Source of the DNA: Planctomycetia bacterium
GTDB taxonomy: Bacteria; Planctomycetota; Phycisphaerae; Phycisphaerales; SM1A02
Length of the DNA stretch: 36,267 bases
Direction of reading: 5' to 3'
Assembly: GCA_005787685.1 (NCBI GenBank)
Contig: SYAC01000062.1
Span: forward strand, 1 to 36,267
Numbering within the stretch: the stretch's first letter is position 1; the number at the start of each line of letters is the position of its first letter. Shown here one piece after another: positions 35,483 through 36,267 of this stretch. Made by a program: the position numbers and the translations under genes. The notes below the pieces were generated by a model that saw only the letters and a program-made list of their open reading frames with translations, was not told where the DNA came from and did no database searches.

Positions 35483-36267
35483 ATGGCTGGAAAAATTATT
35501 GGAATTGATTTAGGAACAACAAACTCATGCGTTTGCGTCATGGAGGGTGGTCAACCCAAAGTGTTGATTAACGCTTCGGGCAGTCGCACAACCCCAAGCG
35601 TGGTGGGATTCACCGAAAAGGGCGAGCGACTGGTTGGCCAACCCGCGCGCCATCAACAGGTGACCAATCCCAAGAACACCGTGTTCAGTATCAAGCGTTT
35701 CATGGGTCGCCGTCATAGCGAAGTGGAAGGCGAAGAGAAGATGGTGCCGTACGCGGTCACCGGTGGCCCTCAAGATTTGGTCAAGGTGGAAATTCGCGGC
35801 AAGGAATACACCCCGCCCGAAATTAGCGCCATGATCTTGCAAGAGCTCAAGAAAGTGGCGGAAGATTATCTTGGCGAGAAAGTGGATCGCGCGGTTATTA
35901 CCGTGCCCGCGTATTTCAACGACAGTCAGCGCCAAGCCACAAAGGACGCTGGTGAAATCGCTGGCCTGCAAGTGGAGCGCATCATCAATGAGCCAACCGC
36001 CGCGGCGCTGGCCTATGGTTTAGAGAAGAAAAAGAGCGGCCGCATTGCCGTATTTGATTTGGGCGGCGGAACATTTGACGTCAGCATTTTGGATATTGGC
36101 GACGGCGTGTTTGAAGTCATGGGCACCAATGGCGACGGCCACCTGGGTGGCGACGACTTTGATCAACGCTTGATCGATTTCATCGCCGAAGAATTCCGCA
36201 AGAAGGAAGGCATTGATGTGCGCAAGGACGCCATGGCCTTGCAACGCCTGAAGGAAGCCGCTGAAAA
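35483..36267 (+). CDS. dnaK: Chaperone DnaK (Hsp70), 5' portion; runs off the window end
   Basis: ATG at 35483. [23 protein letters not shown], ...[20 protein letters not shown]... and [12 protein letters not shown] are canonical Hsp70. The ORF track omits it because no stop is present in the window. Confidence 0.95.
   Translation, partial: MAGKIIGIDLGTTNSCVCVMEGGQPKVLINASGSRTTPSVVGFTEKGERLVGQPARHQQVTNPKNTVFSIKRFMGRRHSEVEGEEKMVPYAVTGGPQDLVKVEIRGKEYTPPEISAMILQELKKVAEDYLGEKVDRAVITVPAYFNDSQRQATKDAGEIAGLQVERIINEPTAAALAYGLEKKKSGRIAVFDLGGGTFDVSILDIGDGVFEVMGTNGDGHLGGDDFDQRLIDFIAEEFRKKEGIDVRKDAMALQRLKEAAE

Noticed and set aside
1-36267. CRISPR arrays, tRNA or rRNA genes, IS elements or transposases
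   Set aside because: I found no regularly spaced repeats of 25-40 nt with unique spacers. I found no tRNA cloverleaf signatures in the intergenic regions and no transposase- or integrase-like ORFs. The only candidate mobile element is the MITE reading of 13218..13449, reported above as a finding.

Overview
This 36.3 kb window is mostly GC-rich chromosome with a housekeeping backbone. Several cues point to a Planctomycetota/PVC-type bacterium: a DUF1559-like prepilin N-terminus, extended S21 and RsfS proteins, and frequent GTG/TTG starts with few Shine-Dalgarno sequences. This is an inference from the sequence, not a database result.

Genes I am confident of are metH, rpsA, dnaE, the 5' part of dnaK, an rpsU-rsfS-trmB operon, pdxH, a YacP/Rae1-like NYN gene, an ECF sigma with an RskA-like anti-sigma, a sensor histidine kinase, and an S41 C-terminal processing peptidase. 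The 5' fragment of an ABC(-F-like) ATPase at the window start is a more tentative call.

The less ordinary content:
- A plus-strand envelope cluster (about 5.1-13.2 kb): S41 peptidase, two paralogous secreted LolA-like proteins, an ABC-2 ATPase/permease pair coupled through an ATGGCTGA overlap, an orphan two-TM protein with a cytoplasmic zinc ribbon, and a HIT protein.
- A 350-nt structured non-coding region between the HIT gene and the MFS transporter (13160..13506). It carries three direct repeats of GTCCAGGC spaced 13 nt apart, several palindromes, and a perfect 16-bp long-range inverted repeat.
- A perfect 18-nt motif shared, in the sense orientation, by the 5' leaders of the ABC-F-like gene and rpsA. 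In both cases it sits immediately after a -10-like hexamer.
- An RsfS homologue with a lysine-rich (SKKS)n tail encoded by a 12-nt tandem DNA repeat.
- A secreted-protein / STN-secretin-N-like / MFS trio, with a second MFS paralog elsewhere in the window.
- A low-GC island (31.4-34.3 kb) holding the ECF sigma, its anti-sigma (separated by a terminator and about 300 nt of AT-rich spacer) and a DUF1559-like gene.

I found no CRISPR array, tRNA, rRNA or obvious transposase.
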